Assembly: GCA_019057815.1 (NCBI GenBank)
Contig: JAHLWR010000006.1
Span: 64,001-128,000 of the forward strand
Direction: 5' to 3'
Length of the DNA: 64,000 nucleotides
Source: Candidatus Heimdallarchaeota archaeon
GTDB taxonomy: Archaea > Asgardarchaeota > Heimdallarchaeia > Heimdallarchaeales > Heimdallarchaeaceae
Shown here: piece by piece, positions 47,861 to 57,244 of the stretch
Layout: each line of letters begins with the position of its first letter
How positions within the stretch are numbered: position 1 is the first letter of the stretch
Made by a program: the position numbers and the translations under genes
The notes under the pieces: generated by a model
Told to the model about the DNA's origin: nothing
Seen by the model: the letters and a program-made list of their open reading frames with translations, nothing else
Database searches by the model: none

Positions 47861-48679
47861 TTATTTGTACTCATAAAATTGGATTCTTTTTTCAATATAA
47901 AAATCGTAGACTTCTTTTGGTTGTTTTTTAGAATCTGCTGCACTCCACGAATAGATATTCTCTTCTTCCTGTTCTGTTTCTTCAAACCAACTATCTTCTT
48001 CTATAATTTTATTCAGTGAATCAATAATTTTTATTCCTGCGCTTGCCCCAATACGATTTGCTCCAGCATTTATCATTCTAACAGCAGTTTTAGCGTCTCG
48101 TATTCCTCCTGCAGCTTTAACACCAAAGTTTGAATCAACTGTTTTCCGCATGAGTCTTACGTGGTCAACAAAAGCTCCCATTGGACCGAATCCAGTACTT
48201 GTTTTCACAAAATTTGCTCCTGTATTTATTATTAGTTTACAGGCTTTCACTATCTGTTCATCTGTAAGATAACCAGTTTCCAAAATTACTTTTACTTTTG
48301 CTCCACCAGCTGCGTTTACTACTTCTTCTATGTCATTCTTAACGTAATCGTAGTTCCTATTGTGGAAAAATCCCACATTCATGACCATATCTATCTCTTT
48401 AGCTCCCATACTTATCGCTTCTTCTGTTTCAACAGCTTTTGCTTTGGTTGTACAAGATCCTAAAGGGAATCCGATTACCGCTGCTATTTCAACATCTGTG
48501 CCATCTACCTGTTTAAGACAATGAGCAACATAAGAAGAGTTTACACAAACAGCTGTAAATTGATGTTCTATTGCTTCGTGACATAATTTTGTTATATCAT
48601 TTTCTGTCGCATAGGGTTTTAGATTGGTGTGATCGATCATCTTCGCTAATTCATCAGGTGTTATCTTTCTGCTATACAC
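47861..48679 (-). CDS. deoC: Deoxyribose-phosphate aldolase with C-terminal extension
   Basis: IDHTNLKP, VIGFPLG, EIDMV, KVILET, FVKTSTGF, VKAAGGIR, RIGASAG. Confidence 0.95.
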   Translation of the reverse strand: MYSRKITPDELAKMIDHTNLKPYATENDITKLCHEAIEHQFTAVCVNSSYVAHCLKQVDGTDVEIAAVIGFPLGSCTTKAKAVETEEAISMGAKEIDMVMNVGFFHNRNYDYVKNDIEEVVNAAGGAKVKVILETGYLTDEQIVKACKLIINTGANFVKTSTGFGPMGAFVDHVRLMRKTVDSNFGVKAAGGIRDAKTAVRMINAGANRIGASAGIKIIDSLNKIIEEDSWFEETEQEEENIYSWSAADSKKQPKEVYDFYIEKRIQFYEYK

Positions 48680-48808
48680 AATGAATTGTTTAAAATAAAC
48701 TACAAAAATATTCCTAATATTATGAAATACTCTAGGTTTAACTATATCATACCAAAATAGTTTTTATAAACTTAAAATGGTATTCAATGCCAAAATGTTT
48801 AAAATAGT

Positions 48809-50941
48809 TTGCTCAGCATTTTGGACAATACAGAATTTATGAGGTTAGTGTTAATGCAGATGACAATTTCAAAACGGAGTTTAATCACATTATCGTTTCT
48901 TTTAATTATGTGCGTTTCCTCCCTTACTGCCTTTAGTATAGGCATGACAAATCCCGAAACAAATTTCAGCGACACTATTCAAGCTAATAGTGTCGCTTAT
49001 CCCGCTAGTGATTTAATACTAAGTGATGTTACTAATTATGTTGCTGAGCTAAATGCAACAGTAAAGTCTAATAGAACTATCTTCCTTGAAACATATGGTG
49101 TCGCATCATTTAACGAAACTATAGTATTTCATAATGTGGGTGAGGATTCAATTAAATACTTCAATTATACTTTGCCCAACATTAACACTGAAAAACTCAC
49201 TTTTATTGCATTTTATATAACAAATGAGTCATGGGCAAATATCTACACAGCAAATGCTTCACGCTCATATGCTTTCAGTAGATATGTAAATTATACAACT
49301 TATAGAGTTCCATTTACACCTACAGGTGCAAATATAGAAATAGATTCCACCTACAATATTAGAGTGCTGGTAGAATTTGCTCAACCTTATGAAGTATCTT
49401 TTGAAGAACATGAGCAATTATTGCATTATCAAGAATATTTAACCCCTCTAATTGACAATGTCCCTATAATTAATGGAACAACACTTGTTAGGAAACAAGG
49501 AGGAGATAGGTTTGAAGATACAAGATACGAAATTACTCCTACAAATGAGACTACAGTTACAGTATACCTTGATGCAGCTTCTGGTACCTTAAAATGGACT
49601 AATATTACACGCGCTTCTTTCAATATTAGTCAATCTTATGAAGATGACTTTTTGATGAATGTGTATTTATCTTCAGTCAGTAATACTCAAGATGTAACTA
49701 GACTGGCCAATACTATGCTCTTTAAGGCAACTGAAGCATATAGAAAAATTGAGATTGACCCATATGGCCTAGTAAGAATTACAGAGAAACAGACAATAGA
49801 ATTTCTAGGTCCAGAGTTTCCAGCGGAAGACGAATTAGACACAATAAACATGTTCGCTCTTAATGCACTTGTTATAGTTTTTCCTCAAAATGTTACAGTA
49901 CTTAATATATTCGATGAAGTTGGAGGATTAAACCTTAAATATATGATGAATGAACAACAAATGTGGGAACGTGGTACGTACAACTTACGTGAAAGCACAT
50001 TCCCCGGACATCAAGGTTTAATCATTTTTCCAAGAACTCCATTATATAAAGGAGATATAATGTGTTTTACAATAGAGTATAAGCTACCCCTTGAAGATGT
50101 ATTATTCAAAGAACAAGGAACTATTAACTATGATCTCAAAATTTCTCCTTATTCCATAATTAACTGGACTATAGATGATCTTACACTAGACATTGTACTT
50201 CCTAAAGGAGCTGTATACCGATATCACACATACAATAATCCTGATCCATATCAACAACTACACGTGAGTTATGAGAAAAAATTCTACTTTGGAACCTTAG
50301 GCTTTAAGAGAATTTTGAATTTCAAAGCTACTGCTTTCTCGGGAAATGATAATACCCCACTCATTATAAACTTCAACTATTCTCGAATGAATGTATGGAT
50401 TACTTACTTAATCCAGATACTAGCTGTTGGGGCTCTAATTGCTGTATATTTAGGTTTTAGGTGGACAAGAAAATTCACTAGAGAAGTTTCAGGTGAAGTG
50501 GATAAAGAATTCATACCTATTGATGAAATAAGAGAATTTGTTAAACAATATGAAGAAAAATTAGGTTTACAAGACAGAATACGTGAAACTAGAGCTAAGA
50601 TTGCTGCTAAGAAACTTAAAACAAGAGAAGGTAAAGAATTACGATTTACACTAGAGAAACGTCTTCGTAAGATAGAAGAGTTACTAAAGACAGCGAAAGT
50701 AAAACTTGTTGAATATAGAGGACGATATAAAGAAGCAGTGCAAAAGGTTGAGATTAATGAAAGAAAACTTTACGAAGAGAGGAGAAACCTAATCATACTT
50801 CAAAAAGAATATCGTACTAAGAAAACAATGACAAAAGAATCATACATACAATTGGTTCGAGAGAGACAACAAACCATTGAGAAACTTAAAAATGATATTG
50901 ATGGAGAATTAGTCAGCTTACGATTATTAACAGAATCCTAG
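48809..50941 (+). CDS. Ribophorin I (OST1/RPN1) homologue, oligosaccharyltransferase accessory subunit
   Basis: Signal peptide; RKIEIDPYG, IFDEVGGL, FPRTPLYKG...FTIEYKLP, IDDLTLDIVLPKGA; single TM; cytoplasmic helical domain. True start probably 48854 or 48860. Confidence 0.82.
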   Translation: MLSILDNTEFMRLVLMQMTISKRSLITLSFLLIMCVSSLTAFSIGMTNPETNFSDTIQANSVAYPASDLILSDVTNYVAELNATVKSNRTIFLETYGVASFNETIVFHNVGEDSIKYFNYTLPNINTEKLTFIAFYITNESWANIYTANASRSYAFSRYVNYTTYRVPFTPTGANIEIDSTYNIRVLVEFAQPYEVSFEEHEQLLHYQEYLTPLIDNVPIINGTTLVRKQGGDRFEDTRYEITPTNETTVTVYLDAASGTLKWTNITRASFNISQSYEDDFLMNVYLSSVSNTQDVTRLANTMLFKATEAYRKIEIDPYGLVRITEKQTIEFLGPEFPAEDELDTINMFALNALVIVFPQNVTVLNIFDEVGGLNLKYMMNEQQMWERGTYNLRESTFPGHQGLIIFPRTPLYKGDIMCFTIEYKLPLEDVLFKEQGTINYDLKISPYSIINWTIDDLTLDIVLPKGAVYRYHTYNNPDPYQQLHVSYEKKFYFGTLGFKRILNFKATAFSGNDNTPLIINFNYSRMNVWITYLIQILAVGALIAVYLGFRWTRKFTREVSGEVDKEFIPIDEIREFVKQYEEKLGLQDRIRETRAKIAAKKLKTREGKELRFTLEKRLRKIEELLKTAKVKLVEYRGRYKEAVQKVEINERKLYEERRNLIILQKEYRTKKTMTKESYIQLVRERQQTIEKLKNDIDGELVSLRLLTES

Positions 50942-51044
50942 GCTTTTTCTCCTTTTTAAATATCGAGCAAAAATATTTTTGTTAATCCAAAAAAGTTTAT
51001 AAAAACGATAGAGAAGTTAAACCAACATATTTGTAGTGTAGAAC

Positions 51045-51449
51045 ATGCACCTTCAAACTGACGAAGAGAACGCAGAATTACTTAGAGCTGAAGTTCCAGG
51101 ACTAGCTGAAGTATCTTTAGAATTATCTAAATGTCTAAAGGAAGCAAGGATCTTATTGGACAGATTGTTTAATATATGTTCACAATATAAAATTGATATA
51201 GATTTGAACACAGAAGAACAGGGCGAAATATCGCTTAAAGTTGCTTTAGTGACCGATCCTCAACAAATGATTCAATATGCAAAACTTGTTCAACTTGTTT
51301 TTCAACTCAATTATTTTTCTAAAAGCTATTACAAGGCTATTAATAGTAAGAAGCTGCCCCAGATTGTAGAAAAAGAAGCCATTGAAGTGTATAATCAGAT
51401 TGAAACATTTCGCCAGATGATTGAACGAGAATATGTTGCTACAATATAA
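51045..51449 (+). CDS. Hypothetical helical protein
   Basis: 134-aa ORF co-oriented with its neighbours, TATA-like TTTATAAA upstream. Confidence 0.6.
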   Translation: MHLQTDEENAELLRAEVPGLAEVSLELSKCLKEARILLDRLFNICSQYKIDIDLNTEEQGEISLKVALVTDPQQMIQYAKLVQLVFQLNYFSKSYYKAINSKKLPQIVEKEAIEVYNQIETFRQMIEREYVATI

Positions 51450-51494
51450 CATTAAGTACAATATTTTTGAGGCATACAAAATATGGGATAAGAT

Positions 51495-52256
51495 ATGATA
51501 TCTACAAAAGAAAATAGAAAATATGATAGACAAATCAAATTGCCTAATTTTGGCATTGAAGGACAAAAAAGGCTTAAATCTAGTAAAATTCTTGTTATTG
51601 GTGCTGGAGGTTTAGGATCAGCTGTTTTGTATTATTTAACCTGTGCAGGTGTAGGGAATATAGGGATTGTTGATCCGGATAAAGTTGACTTAACAAACTT
51701 GAATCGACAAATTCTTTATTTTGAAAGTGATTTAGAAAAAAGTAAAATCTCCTCAGCGATAGAAAAACTTTCCCAATTAAATCCAGATGTCAATTTTATA
51801 AAATACAATCATTCTTTGTTATCAGACAACGCAGAGAAAATCATAAAAGAGTATGACTTTGTTGTTGAGGCTAGTGATAATTTTAAAACAAAATTTTTAG
51901 TAAATGATGTTTGTGTAAAATTGGGGAAACCTTTCGTTATAGGAGGAGTCTTCCAGTTTGAAGGGCAATTGATGACAGTATTACCTAAGAAAACAGCTTG
52001 TTATAGATGTGCATTCAAAGATGCTCCTGAAAAAGGTAGTTATCCAACAACTAGTGAACATGGTATTATGGGTACCACAGCAGGTTTTTTTGGGATTGTC
52101 GAAGCTAATGAAGCAATAAAATATATCGTCTTCAAAGAACCTGAAAAATTGCTGTTAAACCAAATATTATACACTGATCTTCTTCATAATTCTTTCGAAA
52201 CCTTTGCAATTCAAAGAGATGAATCATGTTCTGTTTGTTCAGATATTACTCTCTAA
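51495..52256 (+). CDS. HesA/MoeB/ThiF-family E1-like adenylyltransferase
   Basis: YDRQI, VIGAGGLGS, NLNRQIL, SDNF, CYRC, C-terminal CSVC. Confidence 0.92.
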   Translation: MISTKENRKYDRQIKLPNFGIEGQKRLKSSKILVIGAGGLGSAVLYYLTCAGVGNIGIVDPDKVDLTNLNRQILYFESDLEKSKISSAIEKLSQLNPDVNFIKYNHSLLSDNAEKIIKEYDFVVEASDNFKTKFLVNDVCVKLGKPFVIGGVFQFEGQLMTVLPKKTACYRCAFKDAPEKGSYPTTSEHGIMGTTAGFFGIVEANEAIKYIVFKEPEKLLLNQILYTDLLHNSFETFAIQRDESCSVCSDITL

Positions 52257-52315
52257 TTTTTCCTTTATTATTTGACTAAAAACAATTGTTTAAAAACCTC
52301 TTTTGGGCTCGTTAA

Positions 52316-52987
52316 TTGACTGAAATGGAAATAGAAAATGAGACTTTAGATACAAGTGAATATGCTCATTCAACCTTTTTGAGAAGAATAGTTGGTCATC
52401 ATCTCCTCGATTCTAAGAGTTATCAAAGTATGAGCACTGTTTATTTAATAATTATACCAGTAATAATTTTGCTAATTCTAGTTAGTTTAAGACTTGCTAT
52501 TTTTGCATCATTAATAAGCAATATTACATTTGATCCTTCAATAGATGAAGTTTTCAAAAATTTTAAGGAAAGTTACTATATAGCAACCCCTCTATCTTCT
52601 ATATTACAAGTACTATTTTGGGGAGTGATTATGTTTGGGATTTTTCGCTATCTTGGAGGAAAAGGGAAGGTTGGTAAAACTCTAGCTATATATTGTATAT
52701 CCTTAATTCCTGTAGTACTCGGAACAGCAGTTTTACTCATTTTTGCTTCAACACAACCCAGTCTTTTAATAATTTCAAATTCGACAGATTTTGTCATTGA
52801 AGGTTCGTTTAAAGGTTTTACCGGTTTCAATCTAGCAAATAATATTCTAATTCCTATAGTTTACCTTTATTCACATATTATTGCAGCTGTTGGTTTAAGT
52901 GTAGAGCACAAAATTCCCCTTGTAATAGGTGGGTTAGTAACGGGAATGGCCTATATTGCTTCAATGGTTTTTTACTTTTTAGTGTAA
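52316..52987 (+). CDS. Yip1-like membrane protein
   Basis: About five TMs with RYLGGKGKVGKTLAIYCISLIP and GLSVEHKIP, typical of archaeal Yip1. Confidence 0.65.
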   Translation: MTEMEIENETLDTSEYAHSTFLRRIVGHHLLDSKSYQSMSTVYLIIIPVIILLILVSLRLAIFASLISNITFDPSIDEVFKNFKESYYIATPLSSILQVLFWGVIMFGIFRYLGGKGKVGKTLAIYCISLIPVVLGTAVLLIFASTQPSLLIISNSTDFVIEGSFKGFTGFNLANNILIPIVYLYSHIIAAVGLSVEHKIPLVIGGLVTGMAYIASMVFYFLV

Positions 52988-53031
52988 ACCCATTAAGCAA
53001 AGCTTTTATTTCACTACTCCTTTTTCCAGTA

Positions 53032-53598
53032 ATGAGTAGCGACAAATTTTTTGTTCATAGTAGCGCTTTTGTGGAAGATAATGTAACCATAGGTGATGGA
53101 ACCAAGATATGGCACCAAACCCAAGTTAGAAAAGGTGCAAAACTTGGGAAAAAATGTATATTGGGTAAATCTGTCTTTGTAGACTTTGACGTCTCAATTG
53201 GCGACAATGTAAAAATTCAGAATTTGGTTTCTGTTTATCATGGTGTTACAATTGAAGACGATGTGTTTGTGGGACCACATGTTTGTTTTACTAATGATTA
53301 TCTCCCCAGAGCCACAAATCCGGATTGGAAACTAGTTGAAACATTAATTGAGAAAGGGGTATCTATAGGCGCGAATTCAACAATTCTTTGTGGAATCACG
53401 CTAGGATCTTACTCAATGATAGGAGCTGGAAGCGTTGTGACAAAAGATGTACCAGCATTTGCTTTAGTTTTTGGAAATCCTGCAAGATTTCAAGGATATG
53501 TATGTTATTGTGGGAGTGTTTTGTTAAAAACAAAAGAAATCCTATCAATTGGAACCATGTTACAATGTGATAACTGCAAAAAAACAGTTGAACTCTAA
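53032..53598 (+). CDS. Hexapeptide-repeat sugar N-acyltransferase (WbpD/WxcM-like)
   Basis: VHSSAFV, GTKIWH, VKIQN, FTND, GASIG-like GVSIGANSTI, GNPAR; C-terminal CYC...CDNC. Confidence 0.88.
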   Translation: MSSDKFFVHSSAFVEDNVTIGDGTKIWHQTQVRKGAKLGKKCILGKSVFVDFDVSIGDNVKIQNLVSVYHGVTIEDDVFVGPHVCFTNDYLPRATNPDWKLVETLIEKGVSIGANSTILCGITLGSYSMIGAGSVVTKDVPAFALVFGNPARFQGYVCYCGSVLLKTKEILSIGTMLQCDNCKKTVEL

Positions 53599-53754
53599 GA
53601 AAGGCGAAATTACAACAAAGTTTAAATGTTTATTTTGGAGAAACTAATAATGTCGATAACTGGGGCAAATATGATGGTGTTACAAATGTATAAATGTAAC
53701 AAATTCTGTACCATTAGTGATTCATAAGTGAACAAGAAAAATAGGTGAACTAGA

Positions 53755-53967
53755 GTGAATTTAATTTCTATCCGACTTCCGAGTGAATTTGTTGAAATTA
53801 TAGATGAAATGGTAATGCAAGGAAAATTTGCTTCAAGATCCGAAGCCATTAGACTTGCACTTAGAGACTATTACCGTGAACACTATTCTAATCGACAATC
53901 AACAGATTTCAGCTTTCCAAATGTGGAATATGCAGCTTATCGTAACATAATCTATAAGGAAGACTAA
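53755..53967 (+). CDS. CopG/ribbon-helix-helix regulator
   Basis: ISIRLP...IDEMV..G.FASRSEAIRLALRD. Confidence 0.85.
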   Translation: MNLISIRLPSEFVEIIDEMVMQGKFASRSEAIRLALRDYYREHYSNRQSTDFSFPNVEYAAYRNIIYKED

Positions 53968-54001
53968 GGCGTGGTTTGAGGGGTTCAAGCAAAAAGTCTC
54001 C

Positions 54002-54010
54002 TTTTTTTTT
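54002..54010 (+). terminator. Oligo-T terminator candidate after the RHH gene
   Basis: T9 tract about 35 nt after the stop. Confidence 0.45.
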
Positions 54011-54130
54011 CATAGTTTAGGATAAACGTTATCTTTAACAGAGAGAAGAAGAATTTTTTAATATCTAAACAAAATGTTGATTTGTAGTCACAAGTACAAT
54101 ATTAACTGTTTCTTTACAAGGTGAAATTAA

Positions 54131-55129
54131 GTGGAGAACGATTCCAAACAAAAGCATAAGGTGAAAAATAAAACAACTATTGAATCAGATGATTCTGTAA
54201 AAAAAGTTGACATTTTTTACCAGAATGTAAAGCAAAGTCTTAATCCTATTATGCACTTTGCTAAAAAGAAAATTGTTCGTTATACGCTCTCCTTTCTTAT
54301 TTTGACTATCGTTGTTTATTTTTATGTTCTCTTTGAAAGTAGAGGAACATCAAACCAAGTACATGTATTCTTTTTTGATATGTCCCCCGATTTCTTAGTT
54401 CCTATTGGTTTAGTTCTAGCACTTTTAGCTCTTTTGTATGTTAGTTGGGATGATGAATTCTTTAAAAAATACCGTGGAGCAGGTTTTTTTCTTATCGTAC
54501 TAACAGCTATTTTCTATACTTTTATTTTCACAGGAATTGATCAATATCTATTTGACCTCTCAATAGCAAAGTGGTTAACACGTTTAACAGGAACTATTGT
54601 TACTTCTATACTTATGTTATTTGGGATGAATATAACTGGTACTACTTGGGATTCTGATCGTGGGATAACAATTGTTTCTTTTAATGGTCCAAGCGATGCT
54701 TCAGTCATAGGGATTGACGCTGCTTGCAGTGGTATTCACTCTTTGACAATCTTTATTGTTGTATTTTTTGTTATGATTTTAGAAGCTCGGAAAAGGCTAG
54801 CATGGAATTATAAAATAGCTGTTATAACTCTTTTCGGGATTTTAGGAACCTATTTTGTCAATCTTATAAGGGTAAGCATAATCCTTACAATTGATTATTT
54901 TAAGGGTTGGGATGTTGCAGGGCCAATTCATAATTATCTAGGGTATGTGTTCCTAATGGTATGGATTCCACTCTTCTGGTTTTTTGTACTCTCGTGGGGG
55001 CAAAAGGGAAAATCAAAAAAAGATTTGATGGAAACCATTATTACAGATACAGATTCTGAAAAACCAACAGATACAGAAGTAAAAGAAGATACAACATCAA
55101 AGATGATTCATGACATGGATGCAAATTAA
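54131..55129 (+). CDS. Exosortase/archaeosortase-family transpeptidase (Cys-Arg-His triad)
   Basis: Multi-TM; IDAACSGIHSL (Cys), VNLIRVSII (Arg), GPIHNYLG (His). Confidence 0.9.
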   Translation: MENDSKQKHKVKNKTTIESDDSVKKVDIFYQNVKQSLNPIMHFAKKKIVRYTLSFLILTIVVYFYVLFESRGTSNQVHVFFFDMSPDFLVPIGLVLALLALLYVSWDDEFFKKYRGAGFFLIVLTAIFYTFIFTGIDQYLFDLSIAKWLTRLTGTIVTSILMLFGMNITGTTWDSDRGITIVSFNGPSDASVIGIDAACSGIHSLTIFIVVFFVMILEARKRLAWNYKIAVITLFGILGTYFVNLIRVSIILTIDYFKGWDVAGPIHNYLGYVFLMVWIPLFWFFVLSWGQKGKSKKDLMETIITDTDSEKPTDTEVKEDTTSKMIHDMDAN

Positions 55130-55169
55130 AGAGTTCTTTTCTTATATTATGAGTCTGAAAGAAGAAAGA

Positions 55170-56339
55170 CTAACCTAGTATTTTTTCATATATGGTCTGA
55201 GTTGCTGCTGCTGTATTTTTCCATGAGTATCTAAGCGCTATTTCTTTAGATTTCTCTCTAACTTCGATGATTTTCTTAGGATTATTGTAAAGTTCAACAA
55301 TTTTTTCTGCGAAACTATTTACTGTTCTTTTGCAAATACTTATAGTATTATCATGTTCAAAAGTTACAGCATCAGGCGTTGAAACTATTGGTGTCTGACA
55401 TGCTAGTGCTTCCAGTAATGTTAAGTTCATTGCTTCATGACTAGAAGGAAGTAAGAAAATATCAAGAGAGCTGTAAAAACTGCTTTTTTTACTGTCACCG
55501 TGGATATAATCCATTACTTCAATGTTTTTGGAAAGATTGTATTTTTCGGTTAGAAAATCGATTTTCTTTGTAACATTAGAGAAATCTCCTGCAAGGAGTA
55601 GTTTAACTTTAGGTACTTGTTCTTTCACTTTACTCAATATAGGAAACAATAACATCGTTCCTTTTGCAACCATCAATCGCCCCATATACCCTAAGACAAG
55701 ATCATCTCCTTTTTTCTCGTAAGTTTTTTGATCTGTATAATGTATATTTGTCATGTCAACACCATTTGATATGACAGCAATCTTACTTTCTTCAATCTGA
55801 TAGTGTTGGATGAGTTCATTTTTAATGACATCGCTTACTGCAATAAGGTGGTTCGCTCTTTGTAATAGTTTTTCTTCTATTTTCTTCAACCAAGGAAAAG
55901 CAAAAAACAATCGTTTCTCAACCCAATTTAAAGATGAAAACGATTCTCCTTGTATTCCCCTTCTTTCCCTTGTAAAAGTTGTATGAATTGTTTCTACGAT
56001 AGGATACTCGTTTTTAATGCCTTTTGATGCAAGGAGATTCATGTTTCCATGTACAATTGTTGGCTTTATTCTGTCAACTTCCTTCCTTGATTTTTTCCAA
56101 TAACTACGAGAATAGAAAAATTTGGATTTCGATGTTTCTACTAATTGCAAATTAAAGGGATATTCTTCAACTTCCTGTCTAGATTTATCATTTCGAAGCG
56201 CACAAATAATGTGCGATTCCCATTCTCCTAACTTCACTAAAGCTTCTGCTAAACGTGAACAATAAACCCATGTCCCACCTTTTTTGTACTCTTGGGTGAG
56301 CATACATACTGATTTACTGTTCATTTTTTGTTCCTCCAC
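55170..56339 (-). CDS. Glycosyltransferase family 4
   Basis: GGT, TIH, IAVS, ISNGVD, MGRL...KG, EAMNLTLLEALAC. Confidence 0.92.
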   Translation of the reverse strand: MEEQKMNSKSVCMLTQEYKKGGTWVYCSRLAEALVKLGEWESHIICALRNDKSRQEVEEYPFNLQLVETSKSKFFYSRSYWKKSRKEVDRIKPTIVHGNMNLLASKGIKNEYPIVETIHTTFTRERRGIQGESFSSLNWVEKRLFFAFPWLKKIEEKLLQRANHLIAVSDVIKNELIQHYQIEESKIAVISNGVDMTNIHYTDQKTYEKKGDDLVLGYMGRLMVAKGTMLLFPILSKVKEQVPKVKLLLAGDFSNVTKKIDFLTEKYNLSKNIEVMDYIHGDSKKSSFYSSLDIFLLPSSHEAMNLTLLEALACQTPIVSTPDAVTFEHDNTISICKRTVNSFAEKIVELYNNPKKIIEVREKSKEIALRYSWKNTAAATQTIYEKILG

Positions 56340-57234
56340 TTACTAGTGAGCTCTGATTTAGTGTTGGCCAATTTTTTTTAGATTTAAAGAGTGATGAATG
56401 TGTTATTAACTTCATATCATATTTCATAGCTTTTTCGATGATTTTTGATAATACTTTTTTCATTTTGACAGGTTCAAATATTGCATGTACATAAAGGCAA
56501 ACATAATTCTTTCCTTGATCAATGTATTCTCTAAATCGTTTTTTATAGAACCTTTCTATTTTTTCCGTTGAATAACCTCGCTGTAATAGTTGTTCTATTG
56601 TAGGTTCTGTTACAGGAAATTGAATTACTGATTTTTCTTGTTCCTTTTTTTCATCATTTTCGTATTTTAAGTAGAATGGGTGAGGATAGCAAAAATCAGC
56701 TGCAAACTCAAAACCCTTATCGTTTAATATTTGAAAATAGTATGGATTTACAATAAAATTTGGAGATGCATTTCCTCTGGGAAATTGGTCAAAAACCTTA
56801 TGAAATTCTTGTTTTGTAGCTTCAAGAAAATATTCAGTTTGTTCTTGATTGAATGAGCTGAAATGCCTGCTCCAGTTAATATGATTATAACCATGAGCAT
56901 AGAATTCTACCATTTCGTTTTTTTCATACTCTCTCAATTGTTTTGCTTCTTTCATTCCAATATATTTAGATGGTAACACGATTCCACGCAAAATATCCTT
57001 CCAATGATTCCTATTTAATATTGAAATCCTTCTACCTAAAACTTTCTCCTTCTCCTTAAGTATTCGAAATATATTCCTCCCAGTTGCATATTTTCCCATA
57101 CTCAAGTAAAAACTTGTAGGACACTCGTGTTGGTTTACAAAATAGACGGTCTTTGGAATACCTTTTTTTATTCCTTCAAAAGTATCTACGTCGACTCTTA
57201 AACAGAAATTTGTTTCAGTTTGCATTACTTTCAC
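56314..57234 (-). CDS. ArnD-like polysaccharide deacetylase/deformylase
   Basis: LRVDVDTFEGIKKGIP (cf. ArnD LRIDVDTFRGTREGVP, recalled), HGYNHINW, QFPVTEPT, YVHA. Confidence 0.8.
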   Translation of the reverse strand: MKVMQTETNFCLRVDVDTFEGIKKGIPKTVYFVNQHECPTSFYLSMGKYATGRNIFRILKEKEKVLGRRISILNRNHWKDILRGIVLPSKYIGMKEAKQLREYEKNEMVEFYAHGYNHINWSRHFSSFNQEQTEYFLEATKQEFHKVFDQFPRGNASPNFIVNPYYFQILNDKGFEFAADFCYPHPFYLKYENDEKKEQEKSVIQFPVTEPTIEQLLQRGYSTEKIERFYKKRFREYIDQGKNYVCLYVHAIFEPVKMKKVLSKIIEKAMKYDMKLITHSSLFKSKKNWPTLNQSSLVSGGTKNEQ

Positions 57235-57244
57235 ATTTTTCTCT

